Source: Mobula hypostoma
Lineage: Eukaryota
NCBI RefSeq assembly: GCF_963921235.1
Contig: NC_086097.1
Location: 72,728,001 to 72,792,000 of the forward strand
Length of the DNA: 64,000 bases
Direction: 5' to 3'
Positions 37,201 through 49,725 of this stretch are shown piece after piece (position 1 is the first letter of the stretch; each line of letters starts with the position of its first letter). The notes beneath the pieces were generated by a model. The model had not been told where the DNA came from and made no database searches. It saw only the letters and a program-made list of their open reading frames with translations. The position numbers were made by a program, and so were the translations under genes.

Positions 37201-38271
37201 CCTTCCGCTGAAAAGCTGGGGGTTAAATTTCTGTGCATGACTGATTCCATTGGGAGTGTAGAGGAGTAATGCCCTCCCATCTAATAAAACCAGTATAAAG
37301 CTGGATTTGTTCTCATGACAGATTGTAATGAAATAATTGTGCAGAAGTATAAACACTCGGTGAACACTCAGAGGCAAATTTTGGACCTGAGGGGAGACGG
37401 TGGATACGTTCCAGAATTTGTTTGTAGAACTGAGTAAGATGTAGTGGGGCTGGTAAAGGGGATTTAATTTCACCAAGAAGGCACCTATTCTGGCCAAATG
37501 AAAGTGCTGTAATATTTTTGCCTGTTTTTAGACATGGCACCATTTTTTTGCTGTTCCATTCATACGGGGCAGAACACGCACTGCAACCTGTGGCAGTCTG
37601 AGACCAACAGACCTATCCACTAAGTAAGCTTCCTGCCCATTTCCAATCCTGTTCTGAAATTATGGCTGGTCAGATGTAGATAGGGATACAGCATCAACAA
37701 CTACATTGTTGACTACCCTACTCCACATTCGACTAAGAAAGAAGCATTGCGAATTAACCCAAAAACCCTATTTTAATTACAATTCAAAACACTTCTGTGT
37801 TTTCCAAGCAATTTCAGTCTTACTGTGAGTCCTCAGGCTCTGACCACTGACAAGAGAAGTCATAACTGCCAATTTAATTTGTTGAAATCAATTGCTTGGT
37901 ACTACTTCAAAAGAAATGCAATCATTCTTAAATTTTCATCACTATTGTAACTGACTAAACTGAGCTACATGGAAGCTGTAACTGGGAAATATTAAAGCAT
38001 GTATTTACTGAACAAGACAGATATTTTTGGGAAAATCTAGACTATGATATCATAGCACAGAAAGAGGTTCTTTGCCTTACCAGGTCCATACAAGACATCA
38101 GTGACCTATTCACACCAGTCCAACATTAATTCTATTTTTTAATTCTCCACATAGAAGCAATTTTTCAATTTGTATTTGCTGTATGAAGAGTTAATGAGCT
38201 GAATGATATAACTGGAAAAAATTAAAATACAGTGGATTTCAGTTAATTGGGATGCAATAGGACCTGTACAC

Positions 38272-38848
38272 GGTCTTCTGTGCCTTATCATGCCTTCGCT
38301 CTCCTTGAAGTGTTACAGAACAGCCTTCTTGGCCATTGGATCTTATCCGCCCAGTCCTCCGGAGCTGACTTCACATGCCAGGACAGGCATGTTCCTATTT
38401 CACTGGGTATGAGGGCCGACCGGCAACCATCACGTGGTTTAGCCTGTCTGTCGATGTGGAGTACCAGGGTGTGGCCGCTGTTGCATGTGAACAGCTACTT
38501 GGAGCCACAGGTGGGAGCTGAGTGTCTGGGGACCAAAGGTGAGTGAGCTGCCCCAGAAGGAACATAAAAAGCCCCTTCACCAGAGGTGTTACCCTTCCCT
38601 GGAAACTGCATACAGCAGCAAATATCAGATGAATTTCTGGAGAGCAGAGGGCATGATAAGGCACAGAACTCATGGTTATCCACTGCAACCAAGGAAGACC
38701 CCAGTTTGTAATGACTTTTCGAACCGCTGGACCCGGACTTCTGAGGTTGAGAGAATGGAACTTCCCCAGTGCAACAGCTTTCCCACTTTAAAAACTCTCC
38801 CTCACAAGTTTCACCATCATTGTCGGATATGACAGACAACCAACATCT
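38272..38848 (+). mobile_element. RTE-5'UTR-like non-autonomous element with inverted 5' half
   Basis: ~30-bp inverted duplication at 38276-38304 / 38639-38668. RTE-like motif CCAAGGAAGACCCCAG...CCCAGTGCAACAGCTTTCCCACTTTAAAAACTCTCC (family from memory). Confidence 0.6.
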
Positions 38849-39369
38849 GCTGTGCTCTTTTGATCAAAATTAGCACAGGCACCTAGTGTACATAATGGAT
38901 TGCCTTCTTACAATGCTTTCATTGACTACATCTTCCAAATCTTCATCTTTATTGTTACATCCATGATGGTTATCGATACCTTCAAATTCTTCATAGTTCC
39001 ATACTTGCTGAAGTAGTGAAATGGATACATTTTCACTCTCGCTCATTTCCAGTAAGCCAAGCTCGAATGCTTGAAACCGCAGAAAGTAAAACAATCTTAC
39101 AGGGTCTTATTGCTTATTTTTCACCAGCTATCAGTGACGAGTCATTGTTTTTTTAACACAAACACACGCAAATGACGCTATTTAAAAATTGTTTGATCAA
39201 AGCACAGTACAATGTCTAATGGCCACGCAAGTTCACATGACTGATGCTCGTTAGGAACTGTTCAGCAACAGTCTCCTGCCCTAATTTAGTGGCCTAGTGT
39301 CCCAAATAAATAAAGGGAATCCCAGCTATTTTCTCAATTAGTTTTTGTTCTTTAAGACTTGTCCCAAAT

Positions 39370-39974
39370 GGGAGGAGAAGATGGCGCGCGGCCTCTCCGG
39401 TGAATTGATATGGTATTTGTTAAATAGGGGGCCGTGTACAATTCTGATTTGATGGAGACAGATGTAAGAAGCACAGAGGAATACCTGGAGAAATTTCTGA
39501 ATTGTCCGGTTTGCTGCCACTGCTACTGTGCGATCGAGAATCTCCGGAGGGTAGGCCCTAAATCCTCAGCTTTGCCTGTTGCTGGCGGCTGGTCGGAGGC
39601 TCAAAATTTTCAAACGACTCAGAGATGGACTGTGGTCGAGTGCTTCCAGGATGCTGCATCGGCAAGTTTGCAGCGCTGGAAGCATGGCAGGGAGAGTTTT
39701 CTTCCTTCTCCCATCTGCGTGAGATCATGGGACCTTCTAGAGACTTTGAACTTTTCTTTACCGTGCCCATGGCCTGTTCTTCATCAAGTTACGGTATTGC
39801 TTGCATTGTTGTAACTATATGTTATAATTATGTGGTTTTTGTCAGTTTTTCAGTCTTGGTCTGTCTTGTGTTTCTGTGATGTCACACTAGAGGAACGTTG
39901 TATCATTTCTTAATGCATGCATTACTAAATGACAATAAAAGAGGACTGCGTGTCCTCATAATCTAATCTAATCT
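39370..39974 (+). mobile_element. Non-autonomous LINE derivative (Rex1/Babar-like ends)
   Basis: Starts GGGAGGAGAAGATGGCG and ends AATAAAAGAGGACT...(AATCT)n. AAAT is duplicated at 39366-39369 and 39975-39978. Confidence 0.7.
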
Positions 39975-40459
39975 AAATAAGTGGCCACCCCAATTAACTG
40001 ATAGACCAATTAACCAGAATTCACTGTATTTGCAAACTATATTGTACAATAATTTTAAGGCAAGTTAAGTCACTGAGAAGAAATTGCTTAAATTTTTTAC
40101 GTTATCCAGCAAATAATGGCAACACACTGATGTTGCCTGCAGTGACCTATAAGAAAATATTCAACTAATGATGTGGTAAGCCAGAGCAGTTCCTAAGTCT
40201 TCTGGGCATAAATTCATCATGTTGGAGCATGTTCAGTCCATGAAAGTGTTGAGAGAAGCTTAGGTTAAATAACCAAGTCTAACAGGCTGTCAAAGTTATT
40301 AAAACTATTAATGTTTATGAGATTCTGAAACAATGACGAATGTTCAAAACCTATTATGATATACTCATATTTTTAAAAAGATAACCTGAATAAACAAGAG
40401 CATAAAACAACAAAAACATTTGGACCAACAAATCAATTTTTAAAAAGTCAATTTTTGTT

Positions 40460-41070
40460 GTAGAAAAAAAGAGGGGTACTTTTAGACTTTTTTGAAGGGA
40501 GATGGAGGTGGATAAAGAATGACATCCATAGTGAGGATGGGGTGCTGGGGGAAATCAGAAATTGCCCATATGGTGGAGAGCCTGCGAAGTGTCCCAGGTA
40601 AACATACATGGGAAGGAACTGGACAAGGGGAAACATTATGGAGTCAGGTATGAGGACATAAGTTTGGAAAGGCAAGAGAAGGCAGAATCAGTGGTCTATA
40701 AGGATCTTAGGTAAGAAATAGAAGAAGGAAGTGTGGGATTGAAGCACCATCAGGTTAAAGGCTGTGTAGGAGAGATCTCCTGATGTATTGAGATCTCTGA
40801 CAGTGCAGAAGATGATGGTCTGGTGTTTATCAATGGGAATCATCAACAACATCGATGGGTTGGTTAGAGGAGGTGTCCAAATCTGTAGTCTGGCCACTGC
40901 AAGGTAGGGGTTACTCTGCCAGTCTAAATTGGCATTGCCCTTAACTCCTGATGTAGGGTTTCAACCTGAAGTGCAGGCAATTTCTTTCCTCCCTGTAATC
41001 CTGCTTGACCCTCTGAGTTTCTCCAGCAGGTTGTTTATTGCTAGGATCTGCAGTCTCTTGTGTCTGCAGT
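40460..41070 (-). mobile_element. Old PLE RT fragment with an inverted terminal segment (~40945-41070)
   Basis: FPLVQFLPMYV corresponds to SPLVQSLPTYV of the younger PLEs. A degenerate hammerhead CCTGATGTAGGGTTTCAACCTGAAG is on the + strand. Confidence 0.7.
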
Positions 41071-42084
41071 ATCTGTATTTTTTTTAAAGCCAGGCTCTGT
41101 TCCTGCACCAGGACTAATCCTTCCCAGCTTGTTGTAGCAAATCTTTCAGTAAGGGGTTGGGGAATTACTACAACTTTGTTCTCTTTTGTTGTGCTTCATG
41201 ATGAGTCCAATACTCGAAGACAGCTGCAGATTCCCTGGAGAAGAAGTTGCAACTACTGACCTCACACGCATTTGTTCAGGAATCCCATGTGTGCCCAAAC
41301 AGATAAAGGAAAATGCCTACATTTATAAAACATATATTAAAACAAATTATTTGTAAAGACACCAGAGGATCCAGTAATTAATTGTGGAAATTCAAAATTG
41401 CTGTTGTGGGTGATGAAAATGTCACATTGGTGCCATAAGAGCTGGATTTCCCATTTTTACGATACTGCACATATGAGGAATCTTGAAATCAATCAAGCCC
41501 AGTTGTTCCTTTTTATTTCTAATATTCTTATTTAAAGTGGCAGCCAGGCATCCAGAAAGGTGCATCTTATATAACAGAGATCCCAATGGAAATATCTTCA
41601 GCATTTCCACCATGACCTTTTGCACCTGATTGATATTAAACATGTTGCAGTATGTCGCTGAGTTTGCAAATTTGAAGCCAGGCATTGCTATGGGACTGCA
41701 ACATATGTAATATTTCTGCAATTTTATCTTTCATCATGTATATTTGTGCATCTCTGAGCCAAATCTGCCATATATACTTTTTTCTCTCTCCATTTCATGT
41801 TCTACAGCAGCACCACTGGACTGCCATGAAATTTACCACTGGCTTAATGAGTAGCTGCGACAAATTGGATCTCAAGTAGAATAAACTTTAAATAATTTAA
41901 CTTTTAGACACGTAATCAGATCAAAGATAACTTGGTTCTTCGGTGAATGAAATATATATCTGGGGAGTGATGCATGTCTTGTAAAAGATCACCCTGGGCA
42001 AAAATTTAGAATAAATAATGAAGGTGCGTAGTCTTAAAAAGGATTAAAAGTGGGTTGTGTGTCTGCGCTTGGAATACAATTCCA

Positions 42085-42425
42085 AAGCAAGATGCTTAAC
42101 TCCCTGCATTTAAATCCAGAAGCCTGGACTATTTGACCTGGAGACTTGATTTCAAACCTCAACACACCATCTGGGCTATTCATTAAATTTAGAATGATAA
42201 CCTGATCTTCATAGTGGTGACCATGGAAATGCATATCATTACCTTGAAACCCTGCCTGCTTCACAAAACTCCTTAAGGAAAGGAAACGTAGTCGATCTGA
42301 TTTTTGTCCACTACCATTTTCAGCAATGTTGTGGCTCTTAATTGCCTTGTGAAAAGGTCATCCATTTAATTCAAGGGGCATTTAAAGGTGGTGAATAAAA
42401 GTTGGCCATGAGCAGATGAAAATTG
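42085..42425 (+). mobile_element. Old SINE sharing the L2/CR1-group tail
   Basis: Degenerate GGTGACCATGGAAA...CCTTAAGGAAAGGAAA...CAGCAATGTTGTGGCTCTTAATTGCC...CAAGGGGCATTTAAAGGTGGTGAATAAAAGTTGGCC. The tail resembles 3010-3066(-). Confidence 0.55.
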
Positions 42426-42871
42426 CTGCATCTAGTAGATAAACCCAACTGATGCCAGGTTTTGTGACAGGTAGCCTAGTCACCTCAGTTAATATGTGTT
42501 GTCTGCTTCTGATGTATATTGTATTTTGCTGCTGTGATCTCACCCCAGGGTTTCTGTAAAATTATGTGTCAAAGCCCTGTGAGATTACCCTGGTTAAGCA
42601 CTATAGATAAATGTGGAACTATGTAAGTCAGAACCCTGGAGATGTTGCACATTATCATTTTGTGAATGATTAGAGCACACCAAACAGCTAAGCCTATAAT
42701 CTATTTCATGTCCAGTACTTTGTATTTCTTCATCACTTTTAATCAGTAATTATCCTTGTCCCGGGGAAGGAACAAACATTCTGCAGAGGTAAAATATGGC
42801 AAAGTAGTGCTTGGACAAGCTGTGATATTAATCCTTGCTTTTTGTTTTGCTCCTCCTTTATAACATCATTA

Positions 42872-43232
42872 GATAAAGGAACAGAATTAGGCCATTAAAG
42901 TCTACCTTGCCATTTAATTGTGGCTGATTTTTTTTTCTTTCAACACCATTCTCCTGCCTCCCCCCCCCGCCCCCGTAATCCTAAATCCCTTTACCAATCA
43001 AGAGTGTATTAATCTCTGCTTTAAATACATGCAGTGACTTGACCTCCACAGACCTACAGGGCAACGAATTCCACAGATTCACACCCTCTGATTGAAGAAA
43101 TTCCTCCTTATTTCAGTTGTAAAGAGATGTCCTTTTATTCTGAGGCTCTGCTGTCAGATCCCAGACCCTCCTATTAATGGAAATATTCTCTCCACATCCA
43201 CTTTTTCTAGGCCTTTCAGTATTCGGTAGATT
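42872..43232 (-). mobile_element. CR1 3' fragment
   Basis: The reverse complement reads RRNFFNQRV.NLWNSLP, followed by the CR1 3'UTR. Confidence 0.8.
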
Positions 43233-43384
43233 TAGGAAAATAGGAAGTAATTTGATCGCCCTATCACAATGATACATTCCACATCACCTTAATACTAGCA
43301 CAGCCTTTACAATGCGATTTAAAAAAAAATCTGGCCCTTTTCCTTTCCTGATTGCCTCTACTATCTATAGTTGGATTATCTATA

Positions 43385-44755
43385 GTTGGAGTCAGTTATC
43401 AAAGATGTGATAACAGCACATTTGGAAAGCGGTGAAATCATCGGACAAAGTCAGCATGGATTTGTGAAAGGAAAATCATGTCTGACGCATCTCATAGAAT
43501 TTTTTGAGGATGTAACTAGTAGAGTGGATAGGGGAGAACCAGTGGATGTAGTATATTTGGATTTTCAAAAGGCTTTTGACAAGGTCCCACACAGGAGATT
43601 AGTGTGCAAACTTAAAGCACACGGTATTGGGGGTAAGGTATTGATGTGAATAGAGAATTGGTTAGCAGACAGGAAGCAAAGAGTGGGAATAAACGGGACC
43701 TTTTCAGAATGGCAGGCAGTGACTAGTGGGGTACCACAAGGCTCAGTGCTGGGACCCCAGTTGTTTACAATATATATTAATGACTTGGATGAGGGAATTA
43801 AATGCAGCATCTCCAAGTTTGCGGATGACACGAAGCTGGGCGGCAGTGTTAGCTGTGAGGAGGATGCTAAGAGAATGCAGGGTGACTTGGATAGGTTGGT
43901 GAGTGGGCAAATTCATGGCAGATGCAATTTAATGTGGATGAATGTGAAGTTATTCACTTTGATGGCAAAAATAGGAAAACAGATTATTATCTGAATGGTG
44001 GCCGATTAGGAAAAGGGGAGGTGCAACGAAACCTGGGTGTCATTATACACCAGTCATTGAAAGTGGGCATGCAGGTACAGCAGGCGGTGAAAAAGGCGAA
44101 TGGTATGCTGGCATTTATAGCGAGAGGATTCGAGTACAGGAGCAGTGAGGTACTACTGCAGTTGTACAAGGCCTTGGTGAGACCACACCTGGAGTATTGT
44201 GTGCAGTTTTGGTCCCCTAATCTGAGGAAAGACATCCTTGCCATAGAGGGAGTACAAAGAAGGTTCACCAGATTGATTCCTGGGATGGCAGGTCTTTCAT
44301 ATGAAGAAAGACTGGATGAACTATGCTTGTACTCGTTGGAATTTAGAAGATTGAGGGGGGATCTGATTGAAACGTATAAAATCCTAAAGGGATTGGACAG
44401 GCTAGATGCGGGAAGATTGTTCCCGATGTTGGGGAAGTCCAGAACGAGGGGTCATAGTTTGAGGATAGAGGGGAAGCCTTTTAGGACCGAGATGAGGAAA
44501 AACTTCTTCACACAGAGAGTGGTGAATCTGTGGAATTCTCTGCCACAGGAAACAGTTGAGGCCAATTCATTGGCTATATTTAAGAGGGAGTTAGATATGG
44601 CCCTTGTGGCTACGGGGATCAGGGGGTATGAAGGGAAGGCTGGTGCTGGGTTCTGAGTTGGATGATCAGCCATGATCATAATAAATGGCGGTGCAGGCTT
44701 GAAGGGCCGAATGGCCTACTCCTGCACCTATTTTCTATGTTTCTATGTTTCTATC
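43385..44755 (+). mobile_element. Young 5'-truncated CR1 LINE
   Basis: [42 protein letters not shown] and VRPHLEYCVQFW, with a (TTCTATGT)n tail. Confidence 0.96.
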
Positions 44756-44884
44756 TATATATCCAAAGATTTGCTTTCAAGTTCCAAGTAAAGCTGCTCA
44801 GAAACAGACAGCTGGAATATATTTTCAGTGCAAGCCAATTATTTCTTAGAAAGTACCAGGGATGAAGGAAGTGTATATTGAATA

Positions 44885-45740
44885 GTGGTATGTAAGTAGT
44901 AATGCATCTGAGGAGCTACACAGGGGACTTGACATCGTAATATGAAATTCAATGTTATTTTACAAAGGGATGGAACATTGTAGATGACACTAAGTTAGGA
45001 AGTCAATAGTATCAATGTTTAAGTGACTGGGAAAGCTGGTGGACATTTTCAATTTACACACATTAGGTCAAAGAAAAAGACATAATATTCTATTTGTGAT
45101 AAGGAATTCAGAACATTGACAAGTAAAGCAATTTAGGTGTCCAAGTACACAATCACTAAAAACAAATGAACAGGTATAAAATGGACTTAAATAAAAGTGA
45201 AACTGTCCCAGTTGAAGCACAGGAGAAAAGGGAAGAAGTGATGCTTCAGTTGTATAAAACTTTAGTTAGACCAATGTGGACTCCAGCATATAATTCTATG
45301 GACCACACCTTTGACAAAATGCATTGACCTTGGAAGGGATACAGACTGGCATGATCACAGAGCTTACAAGGTTAAATTATGAACTCAAACTTGAACTGTA
45401 GTTCAATAAGCAGAGGCAGTTAAAATAACCGAAGTGTTTAATAGATACAGAGAAACTAATATTTTCAGTGATAGGATTCAGAATAAAATTGTAATTTTAA
45501 TATTGGGTAAGGCCTTTCCATAGTTAAATCAGGAAGCACATTTTTCAACAATGGATGTAGGAAACCTTGAACTGGCTCCCAAATGTCTTTGTATTCTGGG
45601 TCAATGAAAATTTAAAAGGTGAGGTTTTTAATCAAGTAAAGTTTTGAAGATTGCTAAATGTATTTGAATATCAGATCAGCTAAGTTATAAATAATTCCCA
45701 GAAAGGGCTCAAACATCATAATGATTTATTTCTGCTGAAT
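44885..45740 (+). mobile_element. Highly decayed CR1 3' fragment
   Basis: Remnants GTAGATGACACTAAGTTAGG (DDTKLG), CAGTTGTATAAAACTTTAGTTAGACC (QLYKTLVRP) and AGGAAGCACATTTTT. Confidence 0.65.
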
Positions 45741-48700
45741 GGTTCCTTTGGGGTGTGGGGGTGTATGGTTGGCCAGATTGCCTCTTTTTCTTTCTGCCAG
45801 TGTTTTTTTTTTATTATTTCTCCTCCTTGAAAATCAGTGGAGTAACACTTTTTAATGATGTACATAGTGGGCATCCTGACATTGATATGACCATAAATTT
45901 CTTAGTCTAAATCCATGGAACCTGGGTAAGTGTGTAACAATCAGATTTCTGCAAGATAACCAGAATGCTTTGTGAAGCCAACTGAAATTAAGATAAACTC
46001 TTAAGAGTTCCTGAAAGTAGTTTCTCTTTTGCAGAGGCTGCTCTTCTACCAATAAGAAAGGAGATGGAAATGGCTGCTTGGGAAATTCTCACAGTAACAG
46101 GAGAGAGCAGTTCTGCATAGCTATTTGACTTTTCATGAGGACGTGGGGCTCATCAACTGTTATTTCAGACTAAAAGTATCAAAAACTTTGTTGAAGGGAA
46201 GTCAAATACTCAGTAGTTCAACTGTTGTGCACACCATTACATGATCTGATAAAATCTTTGGAAAACCAATAAAATTACATCCCATAATGATGTAGTGATG
46301 TAGTGATGTTCTAACACAAGGCATTCTGTGTTGAGTGTACACATTGGTATATTGTACAGGGATGGATGAAGAGGTAAAGTTAGATTTGTGTGAGATTATC
46401 ATTTGCAAATGAATCGTGTTTGAGGCTGATCATATGGGTATACAGAAGCCTAACTCATAGAAACCTAATCACCCTGGTGATCAGCAAAGTTCAGAAAGAG
46501 GAGTATCTTAACCTTCACTATTTGGAATTTGAATTATAGAGAGACAATCAATGAATTTAATTTAATTAAGCTATTGTGCAAATACCCTGATTGATCTTGT
46601 TTCCTTCCATGGTGAATCTAGAGTTCCATTAGATATGGGTAGGAATTGAGAGGTCCCATCTACAGAGTACATTTCAAAGTCCTGCAGGAATCATCACTGA
46701 TCTCTCCACCCCCACCCATCCACAGGTTAGGATTGCTGTTGTCGTGTCCCTTAACAGCTAGCTGATATAATGGCCTAAATCTATCAAGTTTCAGCTTGCG
46801 AGTTCTGGTTAAGTGAGGCCTATTAAGTTAAACCTCATTTAGGTGTACTGAATAAATATGAATTTTAAAACAATGCTAAATTACCTTTCACATACTTAAA
46901 CCCTCTTGAAACGTGTGGTGGAGTGGAGTTACATTTTGTACAATACACTAATTGGATAAACAAGAAGCAAACATTTAATCAAAAGATTATACAGAAGGGA
47001 AGTTCATCCCACAGAGTTGCATCCCAGATTAATGTTATCACATGTTGCTGGATATCGTTGATCACAGCAAATCAAACTTGTACAAACTTGGCTATCATAT
47101 GTGATGGGGCCCATCTTACCTTACCTGCTTTGCTTGGTCTCTGTGCTGTTCATAAATCTATTCTAGAGTTTAGCTCAGGTATCACCTTTTGATTCTTGGG
47201 ACAGAAGTAGCCTGTTCCTCAGGTGAGCATCATGGCAGATGGTTGTGTTGTTTTGTTCTATAACCCGTTACCTAAATGTGAGAGATTGCACAAGCTGTAA
47301 TCAGAAGAGAGGATAGTATTGCTTGAGCAAATCCTAGCATGTCACCTGTTCCAGCTTCAGTGCATAGTAGGTGAAATCCATTTAAATTTTGCAGATCCTG
47401 GGGATTTTATTTGATCCTATGTGCAGAAATATGCTGCTTTTTAAAAAAAGTTGCATTGACTCCAGTACTAAACTAAACATCTTATACTGGAAATATTTAA
47501 TGGTTTCTGGTTAAAATATGCTATGAATCCATCGAGACTCTGCATGTGCACTGCTCACAGCTTCTTGTAACATACACATTAAATTAAGAGAATTCATTGG
47601 CTGGTGCAGCGTAAAAAGATGCATGAAAAATTAATGTTGGCAAAACATGTTTCTTTGCAATACAACTTGGAAAAATTAAGTTCCAATAATATTATATTAT
47701 TAGACCCATAGCCTCTTGATAGTCAGGATGTTGTTGCTGAAAGCAGGCCATCTTGCCAGGAAAACATTTACACAAAAGTGTATCTTGTTCCCATGGGGTT
47801 GATGCATCTCCTGTGAAGCCAGTGTCAGAACTTAGAGCTGTGGAGGAAAACAGAGACTGAATACTGAATAACTGATGGAAAACAGGTGGATGGTAAATAA
47901 CTGTACAACAGGGAAAACCAACTCTATGTGCATTTGCATAGTAAAGCAGGATAGCAGCTCTCTGAAACAGATGTGTGTCGCTTACGACAGGATGTGATTA
48001 CTTGCTTGTGCTGTTATTAATTGACACTCACAATCCAAGGATTTCTGCTTGCATTCAATTAATTTGCATTCAAATATTTATGTATCTGGTGTGGATATTC
48101 AACATCTGTGAGCAATAATCCAATTTTTTACAATAAAAATGTTGATAGTAATAGTAATCTTTCATTTTAATTTTCCATATTAAATAAAATCAGAATCAAT
48201 GTGGCAAAAATAAATCCTGAGCATTTTTCCTTTGTGTGAGATAAAGGATAAGGGGGTGCAGCTAAATTCATTACAAGGTAGTGTTTCTGCTCAAGTGATT
48301 CAGAACGTAAAAGAAAAAGCACATTATGCTCAAACTAGTTGTTTCCATCATCTTAACCTAGGGATTACATCAGTGTTATTAATTCACAGGGACACATCAC
48401 TTAATGACTGATCTGCCGACAAGTGGCATTATCTTAGCAAGTTTTTGTTTCTCGTGATTGCAGTGCCACATTTCAAAAAGTTCACAGTAGGTAATCTGAA
48501 GGAAGGTCAGTCAGTGTGATGATGTAGGACATGGCCAAAGGTTCTTTGTATTTGAGGTAAAGGACAAGATATGCCACCATACTATCTTGAGGAGGAAAAT
48601 TTGTTATTCTTTGTATGTATCACATAATAAGCACTGAGTTCTTACAGTGGTGAAAGTTGTATAGCCTATGTTGAATATATAATATTTTAGTAATATTTTT

Positions 48701-49725
48701 GAGTAATACTCTAAATATGTCATTCAATTAGGAATTCTTTGCTGTTTACATAATACATATCGGGTTATATGTAGAAGTATATGAATGGCATACATCATCA
48801 TGCCACCACATCGTGCCTCACTACATTAAAATGGAGTGTACATAAGTTACCACAAGCTCACCCCTGTTTTTCTTCCAATTAGTTTTTGGAGTTACAAAAC
48901 ATAACAGTGGTGATGAGTAAGTTTTAAAATGAGCATGGGATGATTACCTACCAGTTGAAGGTCAGCAGGAAGCTCGAGTTAAAAAAAAAGTGTGGTAGGT
49001 ATTCTTCGCAAGAGAAAAAAAAAGATTGTGTAAAAAAAAGTGCAGCATATAGTTTCTTTATAAAACGAGACACAGTTGAGTTAAAAAGAAAGTTAAAAAA
49101 ACTGAACAAAATGCATGGGTTCATAAACAGTGCATACCAGGTGATAAAAATCGTAAATCAAAGAAAGAGAAATGGCTAGCTACATCAGAAAGATAGATGC
49201 ATTCAATTGCACAAGGGATAACTGGATATTGTATATTCAGCAAATTGAACAATATTGTGCAGCAAATTAAATAGACAGTGAAAGCAAGTGCATGTTTTGC
49301 TGAATGCATTGGGTGGAAGAGCATACAGTCTGCTTAGATATTTGACTACTCCAACTGAACCAGCCAAAATGAGCTTTGCTGATATCATGAAAGTAATGCA
49401 GAAACATTTAGATTGGAACTATTGTCGATTGCAGAACAGTTTTAGGTTTCTTAAGTGGAATCAAATGGAAGGGGAGTCCATTTCAGCATAATTGGCTGAG
49501 CTGAAGAAATTGTGTGAGAATTGTCAATTCATTTATGGACTTAATGACCCACAGAAAGATCATTTAGTTTGTGAAATCTTACAAGAAAGCATTCAAAAAT
49601 GGCTCCTGACTGAAGCACAATTCAAATTTAAAAGAGCAGATGAAATTACTGTATCAATGGAAACAGCAAACAAAGAGATAATTGAGCTACTGTCAGGAAT
49701 GAGCTAAATTGCAACTTCTAAACAG

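Larger units (their letters stand above)
38230..40026. mobile_element. Tigger/pogo-like non-autonomous DNA transposon containing two retroelement insertions
   Basis: Terminal inverted repeats CAGTGGATTTCAGTTAATTGG / CCAATTAACCAGAATTCACTG, with TA on both sides (38228-38229, 40027-40028). An acidic transposase tail remnant NYEEFEGID...EDLEDVVNESI is on the minus strand. Confidence 0.85.

Noticed and set aside
41198..41721. Short ORFs in unique sequence (including 41422-41721 minus)
   Set aside because: No recognisable domain or splice support, and the lengths are within chance expectation.
43362..43390. Tandem TATCTATAGTTGGA duplication at a CR1 5' junction
   Set aside because: An ordinary junction or slippage by-product of LINE insertion.
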